64,000 nt of DNA from Octopus bimaculoides (lineage: Eukaryota), in contig NC_068992.1 of assembly GCF_001194135.2 (NCBI RefSeq), forward strand, positions 56,409,407 through 56,473,406, given 5' to 3'. A program made the translations under genes and the position numbers. The notes below the pieces were generated by a model, which did no database searches, had not been told where the DNA came from, and worked only from the letters and a program-made list of their open reading frames with translations. Positions 26,523-38,520 of this stretch are shown piece after piece (within the stretch, counting starts at the first letter, position 1; each line of letters begins with the position of its first letter).

Positions 26523-26982
26523 NNNNNNNNNNNNNNNNNNNNNNNNNNNNNNNNNNNNNNNNNNNNNNNNNNNNNNNNNNNNNNNNNNNNNNNNNNNNNN
26601 NNNNNNNNNNNNNNNNNNNNNNNNNNNNNNNNNNNNNNNNNNNNNNNNNNNNNNNNNNNNNNNNNNNNNNNNNNNNNNNNNNNNNNNNNNNNNNNNNNNN
26701 NNNNNNNNNNNNNNNNNNNNNNNNNNNNNNNNNNNNNNNNNNNNNNNNNNNNNNNNNNNNNNNNNNNNNNNNNNNNNNNNNNNNNNNNNNNNNNNNNNNN
26801 NNNNNNNNNNNNNNNNNNNNNNNNNNNNNNNNNNNNNNNNNNNNNNNNNNNNNNNNNNNNNNNNNNNNNNNNNNNNNNNNNNNNNNNNNNNNNNNNNNNN
26901 NNNNNNNNNNNNNNNNNNNNNNNNNNNNNNNNNNNNNNNNNNNNNNNNNNNNNNNNNNNNNNNNNNNNNNNNNNNNNNNNNN

Positions 26983-27044
<62 letters not shown>

Positions 27045-28029
27045 TAAGAGACAGGAGGAGAGGGAGTGAAAGTGGGTTAGAAGAAATGATGGTCCGGGAG
27101 AGAAATGCATTGAATTTTATTATTCCGCTTTTGAATTTCCATCGTATCTTCACTCTGCTTCACTTGCTCAATACTCGGTCGCCTGATAATCCACATCTAT
27201 TCATAGACATCATCCAGTATGCTCAAGTGATTATGACCGCTCTCCAATGTAAGAAATTCCTTTGTTATACAGATACGATACAACCTATGCTACATTTATT
27301 CGGAATGATCAAGACTTCGCTTTCAAACTATGCAAATTCATTGGACCGTGTAAATATTTAACGATTTCGATATATCACTTTTTTCTTTTCCTTTTTTTTC
27401 CTTCTTTTACATACATATCAATTTATTACGTACCATTTCTCTGTCAATTTTTTTTTATCACGCCACAAAAAGGTTCGCCGCTTCGTTGCAGTCACCCTGG
27501 AGAATATCTAGACACATTAAAAAAAGTCGATTATATAAGACGTAGTTTATCATTTGTTAATTGCTGCGTTACATTAGCAGCTCACCTGACCTCACCAACG
27601 CGGTAACGTGGTTGGGGTAGTAAACTTCAGATCGAAGGTTCGATATATTTAGACCAATTGACAAGACAGTTAAACAAACCTTCATCTGATCCGTAGTAGG
27701 TAGTTAGGTCCTATGGGAAGGAGGTCATAATTCCTGGGGTTCCTGTAAGGTGTATGATCGTATCTGTTGCTTTGCGTGGCAAAATTCTACTTCAGTGAGA
27801 AAAAGTTGGTGAGACTTACATACAATACAAACACGCTTACACATAAGGAAACAGAAAGCAGACAACCACAAACATTATTTCATGAAACTTGCCACTAGGG
27901 CATTACAAAGAGTTGCAGTAGCAATGCGGACTGGACAGCAATACAAAATGAGTTGAAATGATAGACAAAATGATATCGATGAAAGGGGCAACGACACCCA
28001 CCGATCGATTACCCCTCGAAAACACTGTT

Positions 28030-28192
28030 CTTTTTTTCCCTTCTTTTCTTTCTTTCTTTTATTAACAAATGAATAACACAAATGAAATAATAAACCTCTT
28101 GACATAAATTGAGGCACTAAGCCTCTTATCAACCCCCGATCAAATACCTTCCCCCCTGCAGGCAATCCCGCAGCAACAGATCGGGGACCCAA
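28030..28192 (-). mobile_element. Possible LINE 3' UTR with poly(A) signal and (GAAA)n tail
   Basis: Minus strand has a G-rich tract, then TTTGTTAATAAAAGAAAGAAAGAAAAG. No coding motif found. Confidence 0.3.
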
Positions 28193-28220
28193 AAAAAGGA
28201 ATTTATATTCCTCTTTTTAG

Positions 28221-28383
28221 GACGGGCTTCCTTCAGCCTCCGTCTACCATGTCCACTCACAAGGCTTTGGTCGGCCCGCGGCTACAGTAGAAGACACTTG
28301 CCCGAGGTGCCACGCAGTGTGACTGAACCCGGAACGATGTGATTATGAAGCAAGCTTCTTGCCATATAGCCACGCACGCACCT
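28221..28383 (-). mobile_element. SINE family A, 5' half
   Basis: GACGGGCTTC...CAAGGCTTTGGTCGGCCCG...AAGACACTTGCCCGAGGTGCCACGCAGTG.GACTGAACCCGGAAC. Confidence 0.85.
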
Positions 28384-28544
28384 ATATACATATATATGCG
28401 CACGTGTATGTGTTCGCGTGGTTTTTATATTCTTGTTCGTTCCACGCTACTGCTTGACAACTGGTATTCGTGATATATAAACGAAAAGAAACTTATTAAA
28501 ACGATTGCATTCCTACTGGTACCCTAAATATATTAGCCATGGCA

Positions 28545-28690
28545 ACCACGTGGTATCGGGTGCAGTCCTACTGCGCGACACTTTGGGTAAATGTTTTCTA
28601 CTATTGCCTAAGAATAATTAGCGCCTTATGTGCCTTACAAGTGAAGTTTGTTGACGGAAAATGTGTAGAATCACGTCGTATATATATGTG
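28545..28690 (+). mobile_element. Decayed SINE family A 5' half
   Basis: CAACCACGTGGTATCGGGTGCAGTCCTACTGCGCGACACTTTGGGTAAATGTTTTCTACTAT. Confidence 0.7.
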
Positions 28691-29046
28691 TGTATGTGTG
28701 TAGGTGTGTATGTATACGCTTGCATAAATTTATATACGCCTGCACGCGTGCGTATGTGCGTGTGCGCAGTGTGTGTAATAATAGATTAGAATTTAATTAT
28801 TCATTTTGTGTGAATAATACATAATAAATTCCTTGGGTGAAATATTGAGAATAGCTGAGGAATATTCATAAAGGAGAGTTATTACTTTGTCTTTATATTA
28901 AAATGATATAAAAATACTTTGTTACAAATAAATATTGATTGCGTAACCATAAATGAAGGTTGTTTGTTTAAGCAGATGTCAACATCTATTATCATTCTCC
29001 CTATGCCATATATACACGATTCTGTGAATCTTCCTGAAATTTACAG

Positions 29047-29180
29047 ATAAACAAAAGACGAAGATAGATGTATGAACAACAAGTAGGTGTATTAGTTTGA
29101 CGCTCGGGAAAGTGAGAAAGTCTTTTAAGTTTCGAGCCTACACTCTTTAATAGAAAGGAATAAGAGAAAATAAACAGACC
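29047..29180 (-). mobile_element. Short dispersed repeat D (pLTR-like) with decayed hammerhead motif
   Basis: Homologous to 36835-37005. Minus strand 29157-29122 reads CTTT-CTATTAA-A-GAGT GTAG GCTC-GAAACTT-AAAAG. Confidence 0.6.
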
Positions 29181-29185
29181 AAATC

Positions 29186-29343
29186 ATTTCTTCTCTCGGA
29201 ACAAGACCCACAATTTGGGGGGGAGGGGCCTGTAGATTAGATCAACCTCATTACACAACTGGTACTTAATTTATCGACCCCCAAAATGATGAAAGGCAAA
29301 GTCGACTTCGGTGGAATTTGAACTCAGAACGTAAAGACAGACG
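29186..29343 (-). mobile_element. SINE family B, 5'-truncated
   Basis: CTGGTACTTAATTTATCGACCCC...GATGAAAGGCAAAGTCGACTTCGGTGGAATTTGAACTCAGAACGTAAAG. Confidence 0.85.
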
Positions 29344-29348
29344 TTAAC

Positions 29349-29769
29349 ATCTAAACGCCTATCATCCATGTCCATGTGGTGAACACGGTCGATGTTTTCT
29401 TGGGTGGTGGCTGTGGCAGGACGTCCGGACCTTGAGTCATCTTCAAGACTCTCCCTACACCTCTTGAATTCAGTTGCCCACTTGTGAAATGTTGATGAAG
29501 CTGGAACATCATCCCCTAATGTAGCAACCATGTCGGCATGAATGCCCTTGTACGCTCACGCCCTCTTCTGTAGATATTTGATAACACCGCGGTGGCAAAT
29601 TTTATCCATTTTTACGAAATGTCTCTAAGTACTACTGTATCGAATGTGAGTTTATCTGGAACGAAAAAAATGCAGTTAGCATCCGTAAGGGTTGAATTTA
29701 ATGCATGCCAAGTTTAATTACTGTATAACCCCTTCTTAGTCAGCCTATGAAGTTTTCAGCTCGCCCTCG
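29349..29769 (-). mobile_element. Mariner 5' part with TIR and transposase start
   Basis: TA followed by CGAGGGCGAGCTGAAAACTTCATAGGCTGAC (TIR). ATG at 29609 reads MDKICHRGVIKYL...TFHKWATEFKRCRESLEDDSRSGRPATATTQENIDRVH...DRRL. Confidence 0.9.
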
Positions 29770-29814
29770 TACATACATACATACATACATACATACATAC
29801 ATACATAGATACAT

Positions 29815-29900
29815 AGGTTCAAAAACAGGAAAAAGACAAAAAAACAACAACAAAAAACAACAACGTGAGGACGTGATATAAATTATGTTATTAGACGCTC
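29815..29900 (-). mobile_element. Repeat C fragment truncated before the ribozyme
   Basis: ATAGGTTCAAAAACAGG...ACAACAACGTGAGGACGTGATA...TTAGACGCTC, homologous to 40396-40490. Confidence 0.65.
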
Positions 29901-30971
29901 GTGTGTGTGTGTATGCATATTATACACACATAGATAAATGTCATTTATCTATATAAACTCCACAGATATTGTGTAATTCCTGATGTATATCCAGTAGCAG
30001 AAACGGTTACACTGTATGGTGGCATTAGGTAAACAATAACTGTGGACGAGCTTTGCATAGCCATTGTACAAGGTTTTTACTCGAATCCTGTTTAACTAAT
30101 ATTTTATACATATATATTTCTACATATATACACACCCCCCCACACACACACAAACACACGCACACACACACACACACACATATATATACATACATACGTA
30201 CATACACACACACAGACACAGACGCACGTATACATATGTATGTTTATGTATGTATGAATGTGCATGTATGTCTACAGCGACCGGCCAGTAGACAAATGGA
30301 TATAGTTACGCTTAACATGCGCTTCAATAAGTCCATATTCTGTAATGTCGGAGGGTAATTGAGAATTATATATATATATATATATATACATATATATATG
30401 TAATGTATAAAGAGATAGATATAGATAGACAGATATGCGCCTGTATACATGTGTTCACGCATTAATTGCGCAGCCAAGGTAATAATACTTTCATATCTAA
30501 TTATATCTAATCATATCTAATTATATCTAATTATATAACATACAAGGAAAACCAAGAATATATTGTACAATTTCAACTTAGGCTACATTGTGGTTAAAGT
30601 GGCTGAAATATTAGACGCTGACATTCCTATAATGTTACGCTAACATAATCAATCTTTACATGCAGTTACTATCCTCTCTTAATGCGTTTGGCAACGCTGT
30701 ATGCCGGTTAGTTCTAATATACTAATCAAAGCATAAATGGCACCCTGTATATTGAGAGTAAGAGACAATTTCACAATGTTCCATTTTCGTTTTGCGAAAT
30801 GCGGATTCTAGTCAGACTAAATATAGTTTTCTGCTAGTATGTTGATATACACCAATCATATATCTGTCTACACCTATAAATATATATACATACAAACGTA
30901 CGTACATACATACACACACACTCACACACACAAAAACACACACGCACATATATATATATTCTTTTTTTCCA

Positions 30972-31187
30972 TTCCTTTACACGTTTCAGTCATTTGACTG
31001 CGGCCATACTGGAGCTTCGCCTTAAAAGGGATTTAGTCGTAGAAATCAACCCCAGGATTTATTCTTTGTTTTGTAAGCTTAGTACTTATTAGATCCGCCT
31101 CTTCTGTTGACCGTTACGGAGACATAAACACACCATCATCGGTTGTCAAACAATGGAATTGTGGTGGACAAAATCAGACACAAACAC
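30972..31187 (-). mobile_element. SINE family A, 3' half
   Basis: GTTTCAGTCATTTGACTGCGGCCATACTGGAGC...CCCCAGGATTTATTC...GGTTGTCAA. Confidence 0.8.
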
Positions 31188-31329
31188 ATAAATGGTAAAG
31201 ATATTGTACTAAACTGCAGTTGTATTTATGCTGGCTTGAAAAACTAGATATATACTAAAAATAGGTCTGAAAACCATTTGAATATTACATTCTGAATGTA
31301 AACAAGCTTACAGAGATTTCAAACAATTG

Positions 31330-32200
31330 AAACCGAATAGAAATAAAATGAAATTTTACTTACAACTGGAGTCGGATAATGTAGATCATAGTGAAATAGA
31401 ACAAATTGTTACCGAGAAAACGTTTTATTTTCTTTCTGTAAGAAGTTTAACGGTAAAAGCCGATGAATTGAAAGATCAGATCACGAATGCTTCTGACCCT
31501 ATCTATCTTAAAGTAAGTCGCTATCGCAATATTATCTGGTCTACACAACCCGTGTCTTTAAATATTCAATCTAACTCTTCTAGATTTGGTAAATACGCAT
31601 TTCCACATCAATCTCCGGTACAGAAACGCAATCTAACAGGAAAAAAATCCCATTAAACTGAGTCATAGCTCTGACACCTTTATGAACACTTAATATCATG
31701 TAATCCAACTAAATTAACCGAAGCTACTACGTATACGGAAATACAAATGAATTATCAGGCATGCAATACCGAAGTGATTATCTACGCGACAGAAATCACG
31801 TTCATCGAACTAAATCTAATGAAAACAAAAGTACATATTGTGCTTAAAGAGAATGTACATATGGTAGAAGACGGATTTAAATACTTATTTCAACCATACT
31901 TATTCTTTCACTAATATAAACATATTACTTCAAAATAACATGCTACACAAGAAATCCATACCAAACAATATGGTACAAAATTGCGGGTTGCTTAGCTAAA
32001 AAACAGCTTCATATTTTAGACATGGTATGGTCATCAAATGCTTTATTATTTATCGGAAGATATCAAACATCACCTAACACCGTCCTCAGTTGCGGTATAC
32101 ACCATTTCTCCATATATAATGCAGTTACTGTCATTTTTACCGGTAATATCTGTTGATAACTCCCTGAATCATATGACAACACCCGCAAAATTAAAACTTT
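31330..32200 (+). mobile_element. Penelope-like element remnant (linker plus GIY-YIG end), decayed
   Basis: RYRNIIWSTQPVSLNIQSN matches the PLE R.RNIIWF.PP.S.NV..N motif. It is followed by IKLSHS, CNTEVIIYA and a degenerate C.LCL.EK region in order. Confidence 0.6.
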
Positions 32201-32481
32201 TCTTATTGTTGCTCCAGGGAAAAATATAGATGAGAAATAGCACGCCCGTGGACTGCTGGAGCAGATTATACTAACCAGTTCAGTGACCTTTTACTGTCTG
32301 TCTGTGTGTGTAGTAACAACATTGTCGATAATGTTGGAGCTGTAATTAGCATTTTAATTTCTGTAGGCAAGCTTTGAATGACCTTGTCCTCAACATGATC
32401 TTCATGATTCTGTATTTTGACAAAATACAAAATGGCTGATAGTTAGCAAGGTGAGACACACATAAGAAAGAAGGAAACAAA

Positions 32482-32526
32482 GGACCACTGATGAGGTCAC
32501 AGAAGTGTGACGAAAGAACTCTGGCC
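32482..32526 (+). ncRNA. Type-I hammerhead ribozyme motif
   Basis: GGACCA-CTGATGA-G-GTCACA GAAG TGTGAC-GAAA-GAAC-T-C-TGGCC. Intact core, 6-bp stem II, and stem I A-U/C-G/C-G/mismatch/G-C. Confidence 0.65.
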
Positions 32527-33651
32527 GAAATAAGATTAAGATTAATGTAATATAAAGCTGAAGCAAATTAACACCAAATATACAGTGCGTGTGTTTTTAT
32601 TGGCTAAACTGGCAATATGACCATCCCCAAGTACAACAACATCTGTTTCAACACACGATTTCACATAAAAAATCTTGCAAAANNNNNNNNNNNNNNNNNN
32701 NNNNNNNNNNNNNNNNNNNNNNNNNNNNNNNNNNNNNNNNNNNNNNNNNNNNNNNNNNNNNNNNNNNNNNNNNNNNNNNNNNNNNNNNNNNNNNNNNNNN
32801 NNNNNNNNNNNNNNNNNNNNNNNNNNNNNNNNNNNNNNNNNNNNNNNNNNNNNNNNNNNNNNNNNNNNNNNNNNNNNNNNNNNNNNNNNNNNNNNNNNNN
32901 NNNNNNNNNNNNNNNNNNNNNNNNNNNNNNNNNNNNNNNNNNNNNNNNNNNNNNNNNNNNNNNNNNNNNNNNNNNNNNNNNNNNNNNNNNNNNNNNNNNN
33001 NNNNNNNNNNNNNNNNNNNNNNNNNNNNNNNNNNNNNNNNNNNNNNNNNNNNNNNNNNNNNNNTATATATATATATATATATATTTATAAAACTGCAGCT
33101 GGAATCTTAGAAGCAAACATTGCAAATTTGAAATGAGTACCTGGATGAAACGCATTCTCGCACCAATGGTTTTATGCAATGTCAGGTTACACAGTACTCG
33201 TGCATCTTTAGGAGGAAACCCTTTCAACACCAATAAAACTATGGTTGCGGGTTGATGTCCCCACTGCTATAATGGTAAAAGTGCTCGTCCAATGTGGCTG
33301 ACCTGCTAAAAGTAATGGTTAGATAGTGCTACGAAGTTGGTGAGGTTTTGAGAAAATTCATTTGGTGCTTAGTTATATACTTCTATGTAATGAAGTCTAT
33401 CTGGCATTTCAGCTGTCAAGGATCTTTACAATATGTAAATGTGTGAGGGGGTCGATATATTTGACTATAATTTCCTCCAAGTGTATGGCTTTGCTCCAAA
33501 GTTAGAAAATCGATATGACTAGTTTCGTATTTTGATCAGAAATGATAATGGCGTGGTTTGTGATTCAATCAACAAATTATGCTTGTGAACAATTCTGGCT
33601 TTATTGCTACATAACAAATCAATATACATTCTATATTTCATTTATGAAATA

Positions 33652-33865
33652 TGAGGGAGTGCTGAAAAGTTTCTGACTTTAAGGGCATCACGAAAGGCCT
33701 CGTTGGAGGCCCAACCTTCCGAGTTCTTTTATAGAGCTTCGAAAAACTGAAGGACCGCTGCAATATGTGTGTGAATCTGAGAAGGGGAATATGTTGACTA
33801 AAATCATAGTTAACTGATCCTCCTGTATTTTCTCTTAGCCAAGGCAGGAACTTTTCAGCACCTTG
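33652..33865 (+). mobile_element. Mariner-derived MITE, 214 bp, TA target duplication
   Basis: TA|TGAGGGAGTGCTGAAAAGTTC ... GAACTTTTCAGCACCTTG|TA. Interior encodes the transposase C-terminus FEKLKDRCNMCVNL(R)GEYVD*. Confidence 0.88.
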
Positions 33866-34123
33866 TATTACAGAATCTATACTTGTTATCTTCAAGTCAA
33901 ACTTGACCGAAGAAACCTTGGAGTAAAAGCTGTCCAGCTATTACCATCCTGCCTTGCTTTTTATATACGAACACTGTACATAGGTTCGTTTTATTTAAAG
34001 TGACACTTAGAGAATCACGTTATAGAGGTTTGACAACTATTACTAGCATACTGACCGATTTGAACCCAGTACGTGTAGGGAAATATGCCTAGCTGTCTCT
34101 ACGTATATATACATCTGCATGTG

Positions 34124-34160
<37 letters not shown>

Positions 34161-34162
<2 letters not shown>

Positions 34163-34427
34163 TCTTCAATATCCTCCCGAAGGACCTGAGAGATCTGCAT
34201 GGGGTGGATGTAGGTGTCTTCAAGATGAGGCGGGACCTCTTCCTGTCAGGAATCCCAGATGCAGGAGGTGCATATGAGGTCGGCTGTATCAAACTCTCTC
34301 GTGCACCAAATGTCAATTCTTGAAGTAAAATTCGTGAAGTAAAATTGTGTAGCAACATCAAATGGCGGTGCCCCAGCATGGCCACAGCTCATGAGCTGAA
34401 ACTAGATAAAATGAAAAAAATAAAATG

Positions 34428-34430
<3 letters not shown>
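34161..34430 (+). mobile_element. CR1-like LINE 3' end, 5'-truncated, inside (TA)n
   Basis: LFNILPKDLRDLHGVDVGVFKMRRDLFLSGIPD, then (frameshift) RSAVSNSLVHQ, is the CR1-type ORF2 C-terminus. The 3' tail is GGCGGTGCCCCAGCATGGCCACAGCTC.TGAGCTGAAACTAG followed by (TAAAATGAAA). Confidence 0.82.
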
Positions 34431-34472
<42 letters not shown>

Positions 34473-35211
34473 CGTACGTACACACACATACATACACACA
34501 CACGCGCACACACGCGCGCACACACGCGCGCACACACGCGCGCACACACGCGCACACACACGCACACATACACATATATATATCTGTATATAAACGAGCC
34601 AAAGACACAGCATCTGTGTGGACATTTTACATGCTAGAAAGGGCAGTAAAACCTCTTTCACATCACTGCTAGGTGTTTATAAAAAGAAAGGACATATTAA
34701 ATAATCTTGTTGCTGCTGCACGAAACACAAATAGAAAACAAAATCAATGCTCATATCTGGAGCGCCTTTGATTATAGCTCTTTTTGCCCGTGGCTAACTA
34801 GTGCTTAACAATAACAGCAACTGTAACAACATTAGTAACAGAAACAATAACCACAATGCTAACATCATGCCTAAATTGCGTTGAATACTCTCTAAAATTT
34901 ATGTCGAAATCACCAGCTAATAATACAGAACGACAGATCAAAGACGAAGGTTAAGTAACAGAGCACAAGAAATCCTGTATTCTTAGAGAAATGTCAACGT
35001 TGATGATAAACCAGGCAGAAAACGTTACATAACCATTCGTTGAAAATTATTTGCAAACACTCGGGAAGAATATTGAGGTGACACGTTGACAATAATGAAT
35101 GATTAGGTTGTTTGCTAAAATCATATATAAAGCGAATTCATATTAAATGCACACATACATATACAAAGATAATACACACACATACAAGTACACATATATG
35201 GGTATACATGC

Positions 35212-35255
<44 letters not shown>

Positions 35256-36117
35256 NNNNNNNNNNNNNNNNNNNNNNNNNNNNNNNNNNNNNNNNNNNNN
35301 NNNNNNNNNNNNNNNNNNNNNNNNNNNNNNNNNNNNNNNNNNNNNNNNNNNNNNNNNNNNNNNNNNNNNNNNNNNNNNNNNNNNNNNNNNNNNNNNNNNN
35401 NNNNNNNNNNNNNNNNNNNNNNNNNNNNNNNNNNNNNNNNNNNNNNNNNNNNNNNNNNNNNNNNNNNNNNNNNNNNNNNNNNNNNNNNNNNNNNNNNNNN
35501 NNNNNNNNNNNNNNNNNNNNNNNNNNNNNNNNNNNNNNNNNNNNNNNNNNNNNNNNNNNNNNNNNNNNNNNNNNNNNNNNNNNNATATATATATATATAT
35601 ACATACAAGTATGCATATATATATATAAATAAATATATGAGTGTGTGTGTTTGTACATGCGTGTTGGAAATAATAGTGGATTAAACAACTTAATTCTCAG
35701 GTGTCAGAATTTTAGTCCAATAGGTGCAATTGTTGTCAAACGGTTTCTCCGCGATCAGTGTGGAATATCTGTATATTCATGTTTGAAACAATGAGTCTCG
35801 AAGTACATGTAGCTATAAATAACAACATGCAAATATTGGGTGTAAAACGCTTTCTATAGAAAAAGCCAAAGGCTGCACGACTTTGTATAGATGAATGTGT
35901 ATATATATATATATGTATTTATGTAAATACATGTACATATGTAGTTTTTACACGAACACACGCGTGCGCGAGCACAGACGCACACATGCAAACACACTGA
36001 CATATGTGTATTTATACAATATCAAACACACATACGCAAGGTAAATGTTTTGTAGTGTATGTGTGTTCGATATTGTTTATAACCCTTGGGTTACCTATTC
36101 AAATTTGAATATGTGTG

Positions 36118-36167
<50 letters not shown>

Positions 36168-36834
36168 NNNNNNNNNNNNNNNNNNNNNNNNNNNNNNNNN
36201 NNNNNNNNNNNNNNNNNNNNNNNNNNNNNNNNNNNNNNNNNNNNNNNNNNNNNNNNNNNNNNNNNNNNNNNNNNNNNNNNNNNNNNNNNNNNNNNNNNNN
36301 NNNNNNNNNNNNNNNNNNNNNNNNNNNNNNNNNNNNNNNNNNNNNNNNNNNNNNNNNNNNNNNNNNNNNNNNNNNNNNNNNNNNNNNNNNNNNNNNNNNN
36401 NNNNNNNNNNNNNNNNNNNNNNNNNNNNNNNNNNNNNNNNNNNNNNNNNNNNNNNNNNNNNNNNNNNNNNNNNNNNNNNNNNNNNNNNNNNNNNNNNNNN
36501 NNNNNNNNNNNNNNNNNNNNNNNNNNNNNNNNNNNNNNNNNNNNNNNNNNNNNNNNNNNNNNNNNNNNNNNNNNNNNNNNNNNNNNNNNNNNNNNNNNNN
36601 NNNNNNNNNNNNNNNNNNNNNNNNNNNNNNNNNNNNNNNNNNNNNNNNNNNNNNNNNNNNNNNNNNNNNNNNNNNNNNNNNNNNNNNNNNNNNNNNNNNN
36701 NNNNNNNNNNNNNNNNNNNNNNNNNNNNNNNNNNNNNNNNNNNNNNNNNNNNNNNNNNNNNNNNNNNNNNNNNNNNNNNNNNNNNNNNNNNNNNNNNNNN
36801 NNNNNNNNNNNNNNNNNNNNNNNNNNNNATATAT

Positions 36835-37005
36835 ATGGTGGAGATTTCACAAAAAAAACAAAAGACGAAGGCAGGTGGCGTGGACAACAAACAGATGTAT
36901 TAGTTTAACGCTCGGGAAGTGAAAAAGTCTCTAACGTTTCGAGCCTACGCTCTTCCACAGAAAGGAACACAGAAAAAAAAAACAGGGAGAGAAGATAAAG
37001 AATAC
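36835..37005 (-). mobile_element. Short dispersed repeat D (pLTR-like), well preserved
   Basis: AAACAAAAGACGAAG.CAGGTGG...GTATTAGTTTAACGCTCGGGAAGTGA...; homologous to 29047-29180. Confidence 0.7.
36929..36964 (-). ncRNA. Minimal hammerhead-like motif, A6U core variant
   Basis: Minus strand CTTT-CTGTGGA-A-GAGC GTAG GCTC-GAA-ACGT-T-AGAG: stem I 4 bp, stem II 4 bp, palindromic ACGT stem III. Confidence 0.55.
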
Positions 37006-38478
37006 ATTTATATACGAGCGTATATAATTGTATAATATACGCATTGCAGTCTCGTTCAGGAGCAAGAACCATGCTCATCTATTTTCAGAACAATCGCAAT
37101 AAATTCTGACATTAATGTCAACAAGAATGCTTTTTTCTTTTATTTTTCGTTTTGATTTATGCCATTGACGTTCTCCGTCAATAATGATGTCAACATTTTA
37201 CATATTTTGTTTTTTTTTTGTATTTACAGTTGGTCTACTTCGTTTAAGAATTTGGTTCCACCATGGATAAATAAATATCCTCACAGTCACACCTAACAAA
37301 GCCAGGTAATAAACAGTGATTGGTTTTATAACAAGGATTTACGACATAGGTAGAGAAAAGTATAGTAAGCCATGCTTTGCTTCACAGATTTATTGCATTT
37401 TCTGGCATCGGTAATGTTTAGGTATTTATTACGAGTATGGTAATACGCAACGAAGACCGATACAGAACCCGTTTTTATCCGTTTCTCTGTGTGTGTGTGT
37501 GTGTATGTGTGTGTGTGTGTATGTGTGTGCATGTGTGTGNNNNNNNNNNNNNNNNNNNNNNNNNNNNNNNNNNNNNNNNNNNNNNNNNNNNNNNNNNNNN
37601 NNNNNNNNNNNNNNNNNNNNNNNNNNNNNNNNNNNNNNNNNNNNNNNNNNNNNNNNNNNNNNNNNNNNNNNNNNNNNNNNNNNNNNNNNNNNNNNNNNNN
37701 NNNNNNNNNNNNNNNNNNNNNNNNNNNNNNNNNNNNNNNNNNNNNNNNNNNNNNNNNNNNNNNNNNNNNNNNNNNNNNNNNNNTATATATATATGTATAT
37801 ATATACATATATAACTTTATACATATATATATATAGCTACATGCATGTGTGTAAATGCAGATATGTGTGTGTGTGGTTGCGTTTGTGTGTGTGTACGTGT
37901 GTGTGTGTGTACGTACATGTGTGTGTGTGTGTGTGTGTGTGCGTGTGTATGCGTGTGTGTGATTATTCTCCACAAAACTTTTGGGAGCTCGAGAAGTCAC
38001 ATTACCAATAGAGAAAAGGAATGGTGCAGTGAAAATCAAAATGAAGGCGGGAATTAAAAACAAACGTACATTGCGAGAAATGTGTCCCAAATGACAAAGT
38101 TAAATGATTAAAGTTGACGGAAAGTTCTACAATTTGTGAATTGATGAAATGAAATTATGTGGTTTTCCAGAAAGAATATTACATACATTGGTTTACTGGT
38201 CAAGTAAGGACCTATTAAACAGAGATGTAATAGCCACTAGAGGATTCAGTATTAAGATATATAATTGCATATGTGTACAGAGGTACATACACATACAAAC
38301 AATCACCCACACACACACACAAATACATATACATACATACATACATATATATATATATGTGTGATGTGTGTGTGTGCATGTCTGTGTAGATATGTGTTTA
38401 GATATAGTTATAACGCCCTCACAGGAATGTGTATGTGTATGTGTGTATATACAGGTGTATGTGAATATATGAAGGTAC

Positions 38479-38520
<42 letters not shown>

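Noticed and set aside
26270-27361. Long ORFs spanning N-runs (this one and those at 36045, 38265, 43978, 47034, 54837 and 60583)
   Set aside because: Open only because N-gaps and dinucleotide repeats lack stop codons.
31560-31600. NSSRFGKY resembles the myosin switch-I motif
   Set aside because: The upstream LEAFGNAKT context is absent, and the flanking peptide RNIIW..P.SLN identifies a Penelope-like linker. Coincidence.
38171-38203. Possible 33-nt microexon KEYYIHWFTGQ
   Set aside because: Weaker donor (GTAAGG), no homology recognised; within chance expectation.
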